DNA of 64,000 bases from Eledone cirrhosa (taxonomy: Eukaryota). The first letter of the stretch is position 1. The number at the start of each line of letters is the position of its first letter. Below, piece after piece: positions 52,818 through 64,000 of the stretch. A model generated the notes under the pieces. The model was not told where the DNA came from. It searched no databases and saw only the letters and a program-made list of their open reading frames with translations. A program made the position numbers and the translations under genes. The stretch lies in NCBI GenBank assembly GCA_964016885.1, contig OZ024741.1, positions 189,348,001 through 189,412,000 on the forward strand, read 5' to 3'.

Positions 52818-55800
52818 AACATATGAGATACTGAGTCTTGTTTCTTATTAATGTCTAGTGGCAGATGTATCTGTCTTTTGATTGGTGGAATTTGTATGCT
52901 CTGAGAAAAGTTCTTTAATGTTATTCTTGACAAATTTATTCCTTTTAGCTTGGTGTATTGTTAAGTCTCTCACTTACATGTTGAATCAACTGCTAGTCTT
53001 GTCTGGTCCTCTTCTGTTTATTACAATCCTTTGTATCACTATAACACCGCTCCTGTCACACCAGCAAGAGTAATAGTTTGTCCATTCCGTACAACAACAG
53101 CAGCAATAAGGACGTTGGGGATTGCTTTGATGACAGCAACACTACCAATAATAATAATAAAGATTTCTACTCTAGGCACAAGGCCAACAATTTTTGGGGA
53201 GGGGAAAGTTGATTAAATCGAGCCCAATACCTTACTGGTACTTTATTTGATTGACCCCGTAAGGATGAAAGGCAAAGCTAACTTCGGTAGGATTTAAACT
53301 CAGATCGTAAAGGAACGTAACTCTATGCTGCAAAGCATGTTGTCCGACGCTCTACCGATACTGCCAATATACTATTAATGACAGTATGGTACAGATATAC
53401 TGTAATTCAAAGATAAAAAATAAATAATAGTAATACTTAAAGGATAAGAAACAAACAAGAGAATAAAATAATAAAAAATATAAAATAGATGAAAGATAAG
53501 AAATTAAAGCTAAAAATATATATTTAAAAAAATAAGAAATAAAGAAATATATATAAAGGACTAAAATACAGATTCTGAATAAAAATGATCAAAGTAAAAA
53601 CAGAACCAAAATAAATAAATAACAGAAAAATAATAAGAAACTATAACAGAATGTAACATAATCTATACATAATATAAAAGAGATGTTATTGGTTGGTTGG
53701 TTGTTCCTTCACGCATGGCACAAAAACAAAAACTGACAATTGAAATGTAAGTTCACCAATGGAATAAGGATATATCCAAGAAGGTTTATTGATACTAATT
53801 TTATAACATCGAAGTAGAAGAAAAACATCCCAGTTATGCTAAACAACCCGACTGCTATTTCCAGCAGGTTGGGAGACAAACCTAAGGGATTCTCTCTGTG
53901 TTATCAGCGATGATTGTGTTTCATGGTCAGTGTCTCCATGGAATCGAACATTGGTTACACACACATTTATACATAATTATCTTTGGATGTGAAATTTATG
54001 TTTTTCCTATGATATTTTGTGTTTTGAATGAATATAACCTTCAAAACTGCCAGGTATTATTGTGTTTTTTTTTAGTAAACAAATAGTTTATTATATGAAA
54101 TGAATGGATTCAAAACGGCACTCAATGCATGTGTGAAAGTGACATCCGAACGAGTATCCTTCGCTGCCAACTAACTTACTCTTGGCCTCTGGGTCCCGGT
54201 CAACAGGATGGAGAATGCATTGCCCTGGAATATGGCAAGGGAGACACGCTGGAACAGCCACTCCATTGCATGGGGCTCACACCTGTGGGTGGTTAACTCC
54301 ACTCCATTAGCACTGAGTAGAGATGTTGTCTGGAGGCCAAGAATGCCAGAAGTCTCCACTGCTACAGGCTCTACCACAAACCTATCCGAGAGCGGCTGAT
54401 GCTTGGACATAATATAATTATCTCTATATATATATATATATAAAATAAATGATTGGGACTCCTATCATCCTTTTGCGAAAGCTGGACCAGCCACATCTAT
54501 GCAATGGCACATGCTTAACAGTCAGGTGGATAAAGAACCATCTCCTGGAGGTCACTACTCTTGGAGGGGCAATCATCAAATAGAAAGTGCATATATTCTC
54601 AAGATTCTTCCCATCCCTTCCTCTACTAAACTGCCATTCAAATTCCCAAGATTTCAGTTCCCTGTTAAAGCCAGTTTTGCTATGAACATAAATAAAGCTC
54701 CAGGTCAGGGTCTTAAAGTTGTAGGATTGAATACAAGAGATTCGCTTTTTACCCATGGACAGTTATATGTAGGTTGTTCACCAGTGGGAACACCTAAAAA
54801 TCTTCATATAATATGCACGAATGGTAAAATGAAGAATCTGGTGTAACTGGAAGATTTTTTACTGTTCTATTTTTGTTGTTACACACACACCACGGTCTCA
54901 CCTCATATTGTAAACCAAACAATGCATCCAATAGTCATTTTCTCTTCTACCCGTCTTATCTTATCATCTGGGTACCTTGGCTAATAAGTAAATTAGTAAA
55001 GTGAAGTGAAGTGAACCGTGATGGAAGGAAAGTGCTAGAGTAGAAGACTAAAAGAACCTAAAATCTTTTCCTGTCATAATACCCTAGCATTAAATCCCGC
55101 CGAGGTTAACTTTGCCTTTCATCCTTACGGGGGTCGATAAAATAAAGTACCAGTAATGCACTGGATAATTGCTGGCCTTGTGCCAAAAGTAGAAACAATT
55201 AATTACCATGTTTGTTAAAGCTATGTTGTCATGATGTTTTCAGGAACTATAGAATAGATAGATACAAAGAGAGGGAGGGAATAAGAAGAAGTAAGGATGA
55301 GGAAAATGAAGGCAGAGAGGAGGGAGGGGTTAGATAGGGATGAAAAAAATAAAATCAATAAAGTTGATAATGTTATGGGGGGGGGGTGTCACATTGGCAA
55401 TAAGTGGAAATTATAATTATGTATATTATGCCAAATTAAACTTAACTGGACTAACAAGCTATTATGGTATGGAAAGTTCAAATTAAGTTCGACAGTAAAA
55501 AGTAAAGGGTAATATACAGGAATTCAGTTATGTGTAACAGAGTGAATCGAAAGGAACTATACAGAAATTCTAATTATGTATACTATACTAAACTGAGAGG
55601 TAAGCTGTGGAAAATCTAGTTATGTATAAAGAATAAACTGAGAGGCCGTTCCATCTCGGTTCACTTCACTTCACTTATATTACATTCTTTTTTATTATTA
55701 TTTTTCTATTATATAATTATTTGGGTTTTGTTTTTACTTTGGTCATTTTTATTCGCAGTCTTTATTTTAGTCCTTTATATATATTTCTTTATTTCTTTTT

Positions 55801-56487
55801 TTTATATATATTTTTATCTTTCATTTTTTATCTTTCATCTATTTTATATTTTTTATTATTTTATTCTCTTATTTCTTTCTTATCCTTTAAGTATTACTAT
55901 TATTTTTTTTATCTTTTAATTACAGTCTATCTGTACCATGCTGTCATTAATCGGTAGAGCGTCAGACACTATGCTTTGCAGCATAGAGTTATGGCCCTTT
56001 GCGTTCTAAGTTTAAATCCCACCGAAGTTAGCTTTGCCTTTCATCCTTACGGGATCGATAAAATAAAGTACCGATAAGGTATTGGGCTCGATTTAATTCA
56101 CTGTCCCCGCCCTGAAAATTGCTGGCTTTGTGCCTATAGTAGAAATCATTATTATTATTATTATTGGTGGTGTTGCTGTCATCAAGCAATCCCCAACGTC
56201 CTTATTGCTGCTGTTGTTGTACGGAATGGACAAACTATTACTCTTGCTGGTGTGACAGTGGCGGTGTTGTAGTGATACAAAGGATTGTAATAAACAGAAG
56301 AGGACCAGACAAGACTAGCAGTTGATTCAACATGTAAGTGAGAGACTTAACAATAATACACCAAGCTAAAAGGAATAAATTTGTCAAGAATAACATTAGA
56401 GAAATTTTCTCAGATCCTACAAATTCCATTAATCAAAAGACAGATACATCTTCCAATAAGAAACAATACTCAGTATCTCATATGTTT
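52818..56487. repeat. Large diverged inverted duplication (arms ~52818-53661 and ~55676-56487)
   Basis: Near-identical ORF translations on opposite strands (52882 + and 56238 -) and a shared embedded SINE. Confidence 0.9.
54440..54846 (+). pseudogene. Helitron Pif1-type helicase C-terminal fragment
   Basis: IGTPIILLRKLDQPHLCNGT and LPFKFPRFQFPVKASFAMNINKAPGQGL...FTHGQLYVGCS...KNLV. Confidence 0.88.
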
Positions 56488-56687
56488 NNNNNNNNNNNNN
56501 NNNNNNNNNNNNNNNNNNNNNNNNNNNNNNNNNNNNNNNNNNNNNNNNNNNNNNNNNNNNNNNNNNNNNNNNNNNNNNNNNNNNNNNNNNNNNNNNNNNN
56601 NNNNNNNNNNNNNNNNNNNNNNNNNNNNNNNNNNNNNNNNNNNNNNNNNNNNNNNNNNNNNNNNNNNNNNNNNNNNNNNNNNNNNNN
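56488..56687. other. Assembly gap (200 N)
   Basis: N run. Confidence 1.
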
Positions 56688-58725
56688 GAGAGTGAAGAGC
56701 GACATAGAGAGTAAAGCAGTTAAATTATAGAGAGGGGGAATGATCTATTATAGAGAGAGGGAAGAGCGACGGAGAGAGTAAAGCTAAGAAACTATAGGGA
56801 GGTGTGTAGCTTTATAAGTATAGATATGTGTGTGTGTGTATGTGTGTATGTGCATGTGTGTGTCTGTGTTTTGTTTTGATGTTATCCGGCAATTGGCGAA
56901 ATCAGGTGTGAAAGTATGTGTATGTGTGTGTGTGTATGTGTTACTTATGCAAGCGACGACATGATTCAATCACCACTACGTTTGATCATTATTTTAATGC
57001 CGATACTTGATTTAACGTCATTGGAAAGAAGGGAGATACGGAAACTGAAACAGTGTTGTCATATAGAGAGTGAAGAGCGACAGAGAGCGTAAAGCAGTTA
57101 AATTATAGAGAGGAGGAATGATCTATTATAGAGAGAGGGAAGAGCGACAGAGAGAGTAAAGCTAAGAAACTATAGGGAGGTGTGTAGGATACATACATAC
57201 ATAATACATACACACGACGCTCAGCTTCATAATATTATAGATAGATATATATGTAGAATAGAAAACGAAAAATCAGTGATGCATCTAAACTCAATTTATT
57301 GTGTATTATAATTGTTTCACCGGCGGACAGCTTGAGACGTGATCATTGTGTGAATTTGTCTGATTCTGGACCCGCAGGTTCGACGGACACGTCTAATATA
57401 TATATATATACAGTTGTAACACCACATTAAAAATAAAATCCAAGAAAATCGTCGTCGTAGGCAAAGAAATATTGGTGAGACCTCTGTAACAAATTTGCTC
57501 AGAATTGCTGTACTGATGCCCTTTAACAAATCAGACTCAGTTTTGCAATGACCTGTATGGCACATTGATGCTGTTAATGAAATGTGGACACAATAAGCTT
57601 GTGAACTCACCTGCTGAAATGTGACCTGTTCTGTCTGTGTTGCTCTCCTGACCTTTGCACGGGACCTCATCTGCTGAAGGCGAGACTGGCGCTGCTCTTG
57701 AGACTCAGCTGCTCGACTGGCTGTTGCATGAGTCCTCATCTGCTGAAGGCGAGACTGGCGCTGCTCTTGAGACTCAGCTGCTCGACTGGCTCTTGCATGA
57801 GTCCTCATCTGCTGGAGGCGACGTTCATGATCGTCCTCAGATTGTGCTGATGTAGTATAATTCTTTCTTCTGGTTTTGCTAAAATGTATGTTAATTGCTG
57901 GCCTTGTGCCTAAAGTAGAAACAATTATTATATTTGTCTGTATTTTCATTCTGTGTATCCAAATGATTTTAGATGTATGTATTACCTGCTTTCCCGTCCC
58001 TCTGTTTCTCTTTCCCTGTCTCTCTCTCCTCTCTCCCTCTTTAGATGTGTGTGTGTGTAGTTTTCCTAATCTGTCTCTTTCACTCTCTGTCTCTCTAAGA
58101 GGGTTGTCTTTTGATGTATATATTACCTGCTTGTGTGTTGACCGAAAGTGAAGGTTATCCTTTTGAAATAAACATACATACGACGCTCCGGAAAGTAAAA
58201 GAGTGTTGTCATATAGAGAGTGAAGAGAGACAGAGAGTAAAGCAATTAAATTATAGAGAGGGTGAAAGAGGGAGAGAGAGAGAGAGAAGACGTTCAGCTT
58301 TTTAATATTAGAAAGTGAAGAGCGACAGAGAGAAAAAACAGTTAAATTATAGAGAGAGAGAAGAGCGATGGAGAGAGTAAAGCTAAGAAACTATAAGGAG
58401 GTGTGTAGGATACATAAGTGTTGACCGAATTTACATATGACGCTCATCTCTACGGAAAGTAAAAGAGTATTGTCATATAGAGAGTGAAGAGAGACAGAGA
58501 GTAAAGCAGTTAAATTATAGAGAGGGTGAAAGAGGGAGAGAGAGAGAGAGACGACGCTCAGCTTTATAATATTTGAGAGTGAAGAGCGACAGAGAGTAAA
58601 GCAGTTAAATTATAGAGAGAGGGAACAGCGACGGAGAGAGTAAAGATAAGAAACTATAGGGAGATGTGTAGGATACATACATACATAATACATACATACG
58701 ACGCTCAGCTTTATAATATTATAGA
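56688..58725 (-). mobile_element. Two tandem or nested Helitron 5' regions with internal tandem repeats and an STPR-repeat exon
   Basis: A|TCTATAATATTAT(A/G)AAGCTGAGCGTCG termini at 58725 and 57241; repeated gagagtgaagagcgacagagagtaaagcagttaaattata blocks; 69-bp repeats encoding ESQEQRQSRLQQMRTHATASRAA. Confidence 0.72.
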
Positions 58726-59332
58726 TATATATATGCAAACAAGACTGTTATTGTTCCAACCAATCTATTCATCATTGATAACTACCCTAAATATACACAC
58801 ACTTACACCACACATATATACACTATATACATATATAGAACAAACACAAACAATCATCGAATACCCTATATGTAAATAATTCACTCAGAACACAAAGCCA
58901 ACAATAAATAGAACATCTAGTGGATAAGACCATTGGATTCCAAACTCATAAAAATTACATTCTTAAAAATCAAGCCAATCAGGAACTAATGTCTATATTA
59001 GAACTAAGACATTCTCTATAATCCCTATCTCAGACATCATACATATTTCCCAACCTCTAACCCGCTCTAAATATGAGTATGGGGAGACATACTTTTTCAA
59101 GTTGCTGCTGTTAAATTACGCAGTTTCTGAATAAAAAGAGACATTAAACAATGTCCATTATTACCTATAGTAACTACAATCCTATTATGTAATAGGCCTG
59201 CCTCCATCCTCTCCCATAAACCCTTGACCGTAAAGCCTCAAGCAATTCTCCCCAGATGATGTGATGTCATGCAGCAGGAGGCCCAGGTTTCAAATAGATG
59301 TAATATATATATATCCATCGATATATGTTATG

Positions 59333-61300
59333 TCATCATCAGTTTTTAAGTCAATTTTTCTGTGGTTGCATAGATTCAATGAATCCTCTCCAATAATGAG
59401 GACTAAGCTTTAATGAATACTGAATTGCTCGCTGAATTCCTCGCTAAACTCAGTCCTTACTCTCACTTCACTGATAGCATCTCTACATGACATGCACCAT
59501 GCTCATTAACCATTCATCTGCACCTAGTGTTCTTGAAAACCACCAGATCATAAATTATGGTACTTTGTCAAAGGCCTTCTGTACATAATGAATGTTAGGT
59601 GTAGTGGCTTATTCTTAGCTAGAAACTCCTCTTACAGGTATCTCGCTAAGAATAGAGCATCAGTGGTATTCCATCCTGGTTCAAATCCAAACAGCTTCTT
59701 ATCTAAATTTTTTCCTGGTCAGTTAGACTAAAACTTTTTCTATTACTTTCATAACTTGATCCATGAATTTGATGCCTGTGTTGTTGCTTCTTTCTAGAAC
59801 ATTACCTTTGCCTTTGAAGAAGTTGATGTTGATACTTCTAAGCCATTCATTGATTGACTATACAAGTGATTACCTCAAGTCCTATTTCACCAGATATTTT
59901 CAGTATCTCAACAATTTGTGATAGTCTAAATGCATTCCCCTTCATATCATTTAATTGCCTCTTTGACCATATAACCATCAACCTTGAACACTTGTTACTC
60001 TAACTATTGGGCATGGTTCCTCTTCTTTCTATACATTCTCATTTACTAAGCTCTTATTTTGAGGCCCCTTTCATCTGAGTGTCAATAAGGCAAAGTGCAC
60101 TGATATTATTCTGAACACTTTCCCAATAATATTTTGATTTACACTGACACACTACCTCACAATTCAAAATATCTCACACCTCTTATCCTCTCACCTCAGA
60201 ACACTGGCAAACCTCTTGTTTTAAGTTTCTCTTTGTAAAATGTAAACCTGATGTCTAACTTGTCTCTTATAGCTGCAAAATATTCTTTACAGCCCACTTT
60301 CTTCCAGCTTTTCCAAGCCTGTTTTCTTTTAGCTTTAATAGCTTTGTCTACAGCACTACGAGTATTCCACTATCATGTTACCTTTTGTCTGGTTGATTCC
60401 TTGCTCCAGCCTCTAATCATGTCAGGGACCTGCAACAGATTGTCTTTAAGAAACTTCCAATTGTCATCTATATCCTCCTCTTTCTCATCATATGCACTAT
60501 ACATGGCATCTCTGAATCTATATTTAACAGATAGATCTTTTAGTTTCCACATCCTCCTTCTTTATATTGACCTGTTTCTCTGAATCCATTTAGATCTAAC
60601 TCTAATGTCACTAATGTCTAGTCTATATTAGGTGATGCATTTTCTCTGGAGAAAGATTTACTATTAACAACCATGTCTATCATGTTTTCTAATGAGTATG
60701 AAGTCAATTTGGCTTGTGTATTCATCTGATTTGTAGGTAATCAAGTGACTGGTTGATTCCCTGAAGTTAGTGTTGCAGATAGTTCAGCAGATTTCTAGAA
60801 GCAGAATACTAGAAGCCTTGAATACTCTTCATTTCCTGACCCATATCCATAGCCACCATTTACTGAAGAGTTGCTAGCCATTATGCTACTGCCCAACATG
60901 TCTATTAAATTCACCATCCATTATAAGAAAGTTACTGACAATTGTTGTTCAGGTGGTACACAAGAGGTTTTCATAGAAATGAAGCTTTCACTCATTTGCC
61001 AGTTCTGACTGTTATGCATAAGCTGAAATCATTTTTGTTGCATTGCTTAAACTTGATAATTCTGTTGCATATCCTGACTACTTCAAAAACATTATCTAAC
61101 CAATTATCAACTAACAGCATACCTACTTCAACTACTCCATCATTGTTATCTACTCAGATGAGTTTATACATTAGTTCTTTATCCACGAAGAGCATTGTTG
61201 AGTCTTCCTTCCATCATACTTGTTGTACACATCTCCTCTCCAACATCTCCACAATTTCACCAGACCTACATAACATATCATTGTACCAACATTGACAGTG
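59333..61300 (-). mobile_element. Old, heavily decayed RTE LINE
   Basis: Minus-strand remnants GGYGYG, HLITYK, KAFDKVP and a decayed (CAT)n tail. Confidence 0.75.
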
Positions 61301-61473
61301 GTAGCACTAAAATCTGTTACCTGACAAGAAGATATCCAGTGGTGATTGGGTTGTCTTTTGACCTTTGTTTCCTACATCTGAAATGAGAGGTGAATAGATT
61401 AAAACATGTTTTGTGTGATCTTTTACTCTATCTATTTCCCCTTCCCTAACAGTTTCACTCTCATATTGTTTCA

Positions 61474-61504
<31 letters not shown>

Positions 61505-61871
61505 TCCCCTCACATATTCTATCATCTCTCTCTCCCTCTCTCAATCTCCCTCCTCTTTTATCTCTCTCCTTTCTTTCTCTCTCCTGTTATCTCTCTTCTT
61601 TCCTTCTCTCTACCATCTTCTCTCTCTTTCTCTACAGAAACAAAATGGCAAGATTTTTCGATATACATATGGAAATATATACAATTGAATTTAAATATAT
61701 TGCTTGCTTTGTGAAACAAAACAATTTTTACCATTACTTCTCTGGTGACATAGGGAATATATTTATATAGCTTTGTGGGTGTTCCTTATCCCACTGGACA
61801 AGTAATTGTGGTGTTTATTTTGGTGTATAAAACAGTAATTTATATTAAATTCAATTCTATTAATTTTCTCA

Positions 61872-62487
61872 TCTATATATCTAAAACAGAGAACGTCTGT
61901 CTGTTTGACTCCCTAAAACTCGAGAACCACCCAACCGATTGTTTTCAAACTTTACACATCTAATACTTATGGTCCTGTGAGTGTTTTGAGCAAAATATAT
62001 TTCAAATTTTCAATGCCCTAGGGACTGCATTAGGCAATTTAGTGATCTCTCTATATAATTTTTAGTCTTTCTTTTTAGATAGATATATAGATATAACGTT
62101 GTGCCCTTATAATATCTGTCTGTATGTCTGGCTGTCTGCATTATGATGCTATATGAGTGTGTGTGTATATATGTATATATAGTGTGTGTATATATATGTA
62201 TAGTGTGTAACGTTTTTCGAACTATTTACTTCTGCGTTCAAAGATTCATTTTTTTAGTTTCAGAAGATCCCATTAAGGGTGAAAGCAGCGATTCTTTGCT
62301 TAAACTTTAATCTGTTATTTTAATATATATATATATAATTATATATTCGTGTACAGATATTTTTGCATACACAATAACAAAATATAAACAAACGTATTTA
62401 TTTCACGAGGCTCGATAAGGATAAATATATATCAAATATATAAGAACCCTAGAGCAAATCCTGAGCAATGCCGGGCCATTCTGCTAG
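61872..62487 (+). mobile_element. Non-autonomous Helitron
   Basis: A|TCTATATATCTAAAA 5' end; subterminal hairpin cctgagcaatgccggg; 3' CTAG|T. Confidence 0.8.
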
Positions 62488-63283
62488 TATTCATATAAAA
62501 ACAAGTTGGCCATTTTGTTTTGGAATTGTCTCTCTCTCTCTCCATTCTGTAGAGAAGGACAAAGAGGTTGAAGGCATAGAAAAGGGAAGATGTAAGAAAA
62601 GAGAAAAGACTTATATATATAATAGAGAAAGAGATATAGACCAAAAACAAATGAACGTACTGCTAAATTATGAATGGGAGTTTAATAGTTTATTCATGAG
62701 CCAACGCTAACTTTCATCACCATCATCATCGTTTAACGTCCATTTTCCATGCTGGCATGGGTAGGATGGGCTGTCCCTTTGTGAGAGATCTGATTGGAGG
62801 ACCATGTTTATTTTATTTATTTATAGTTTTCAAAACAGCCCTCAGGATCATTTTTTTTTTAATTTCGGTTTTAATTGTGTAAAAATGAAAAAGATTTATT
62901 TTTTGGTCCTACCCTTTTCACTGAAAATATATGCAACAATTCATCTAAGAGTAAAGCATAAAATATGCTGACTGTAAAAGGAGTAGTATTCAAAGTTAAC
63001 ACCACTGGACAAAACTAATAATATTTTTATCTAGCTTTTCAATGGACAATTGACAAAGAAAATTTGCTATAATTCCTGTTTTAGTGAAAATACAGTGACC
63101 CTTCTTTATTGATCAAATATTTTGTAATATGTGCCATAATAAATAGTTACTTTCATGAAATACTTGGACACAGCCTGTTACCTCTGCTACTGAATACACA
63201 CATACTTTTTCTAATTTTTTTTTTCTGTTTCTTCTTCTTCTTCTCACTTTATCTTTCTATTTCATCTTTTATTTCTTATTCTA

Positions 63284-63319
63284 TCTTCTGAAGAAGGACT
63301 AGTGTCCGATTTGTAAAGA
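63284..63319 (+). ncRNA. Decayed hammerhead
   Basis: TCTT-CTGAAGA-a-GGAC-tagt-GTCC-GA[AAC missing]..GTA-AAGA. Confidence 0.4.
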
Positions 63320-63407
63320 CTCTTTTCCTACTTTATCAAGTGTTAAACAAACATATTTCTTCATTGTACTGTGTTGCTTGCTTTGTGGTTTCTGTTTACT
63401 ATATTAC

Positions 63408-63465
<58 letters not shown>

Positions 63466-63769
63466 TTGACAGTGGCTCTGGTATTTTAATCTTATTGGCC
63501 CTAGTGCTTATTATTTTTTCAAACCTGGTATTTATTTTATCAATCACTATTATTGAACTGTGAAATTACAGAACTTAAACAAACAGTAAACATAACCACA
63601 CACACACACACTCGTGTGTGTGTGTGATGGGCCTCCACATAATTACTGTCTATATAGTTTTTATTTTATTAACAATCCTAGGCTATAGTAGAAGACACTT
63701 GGCCAAAGTGCTATACTGTAGGACTTGGCACAAAATTGTGGTTGTGAAGTGAGCTCTTTAACCATACAA

Positions 63770-64000
63770 ACTTAAACCTACAGTCAGTAGGCACCTCTTA
63801 ACCCAATATACACCCCACCTCACACACCCTACCTCATCCTCCCATTTCTGTCCACTGTGTTGCTGACATGGTAAAAAGGCTCCTAGTCCACGCTGTAAAT
63901 GTGGTTGGTGTTAGGAAGGGCATCCAGCCATAGAAAACCTGCCAGAGACACTTCTGTACAAGCAAGTCATGGTCTCCCGACCAATCCTGTATCAAGTGGA
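63770..64000 (+). mobile_element. RTE 3' UTR fragment
   Basis: tacagtcagtaggcacctct ... gtggttggtgttaggaagggcatccagc. Confidence 0.8.

Overview
AT-rich, microsatellite-rich metazoan genomic DNA; the repeat repertoire suggests a mollusc, probably an octopod cephalopod (inference). The only host-gene content I can support is two consecutive phase-0 exons (1257-1490 and 40525-40710, + strand) of an axonemal dynein heavy chain most like DNAH12. They are separated by a 39,034-bp intron, and a further intron of more than 23 kb follows. The rest is intronic repeat landscape: young RTE-clade LINEs of two subfamilies with a PHD finger inside the RT region, tRNA-derived SINEs, a full-length frameshifted Buster-type hAT transposon, mariner, hAT and piggyBac-like MITEs, Helitron pieces, an old R4/Dong-like LINE, minisatellites and a 200-N gap. 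The ORF track does not show a set of short, mutually dissimilar elements, mostly at (TA)n tracts, built as inverted and partial-tandem repeats. They carry minimal type-I hammerhead ribozymes with palindromic stem III: about 7 complete cores and several degenerate ones. Alongside them are Penelope-like (Naiad-type) GIY-YIG remnants. One element with the same architecture (17020-17430) has a complete tRNA-like cloverleaf instead of a ribozyme. All structures were read by eye; no searches were run.
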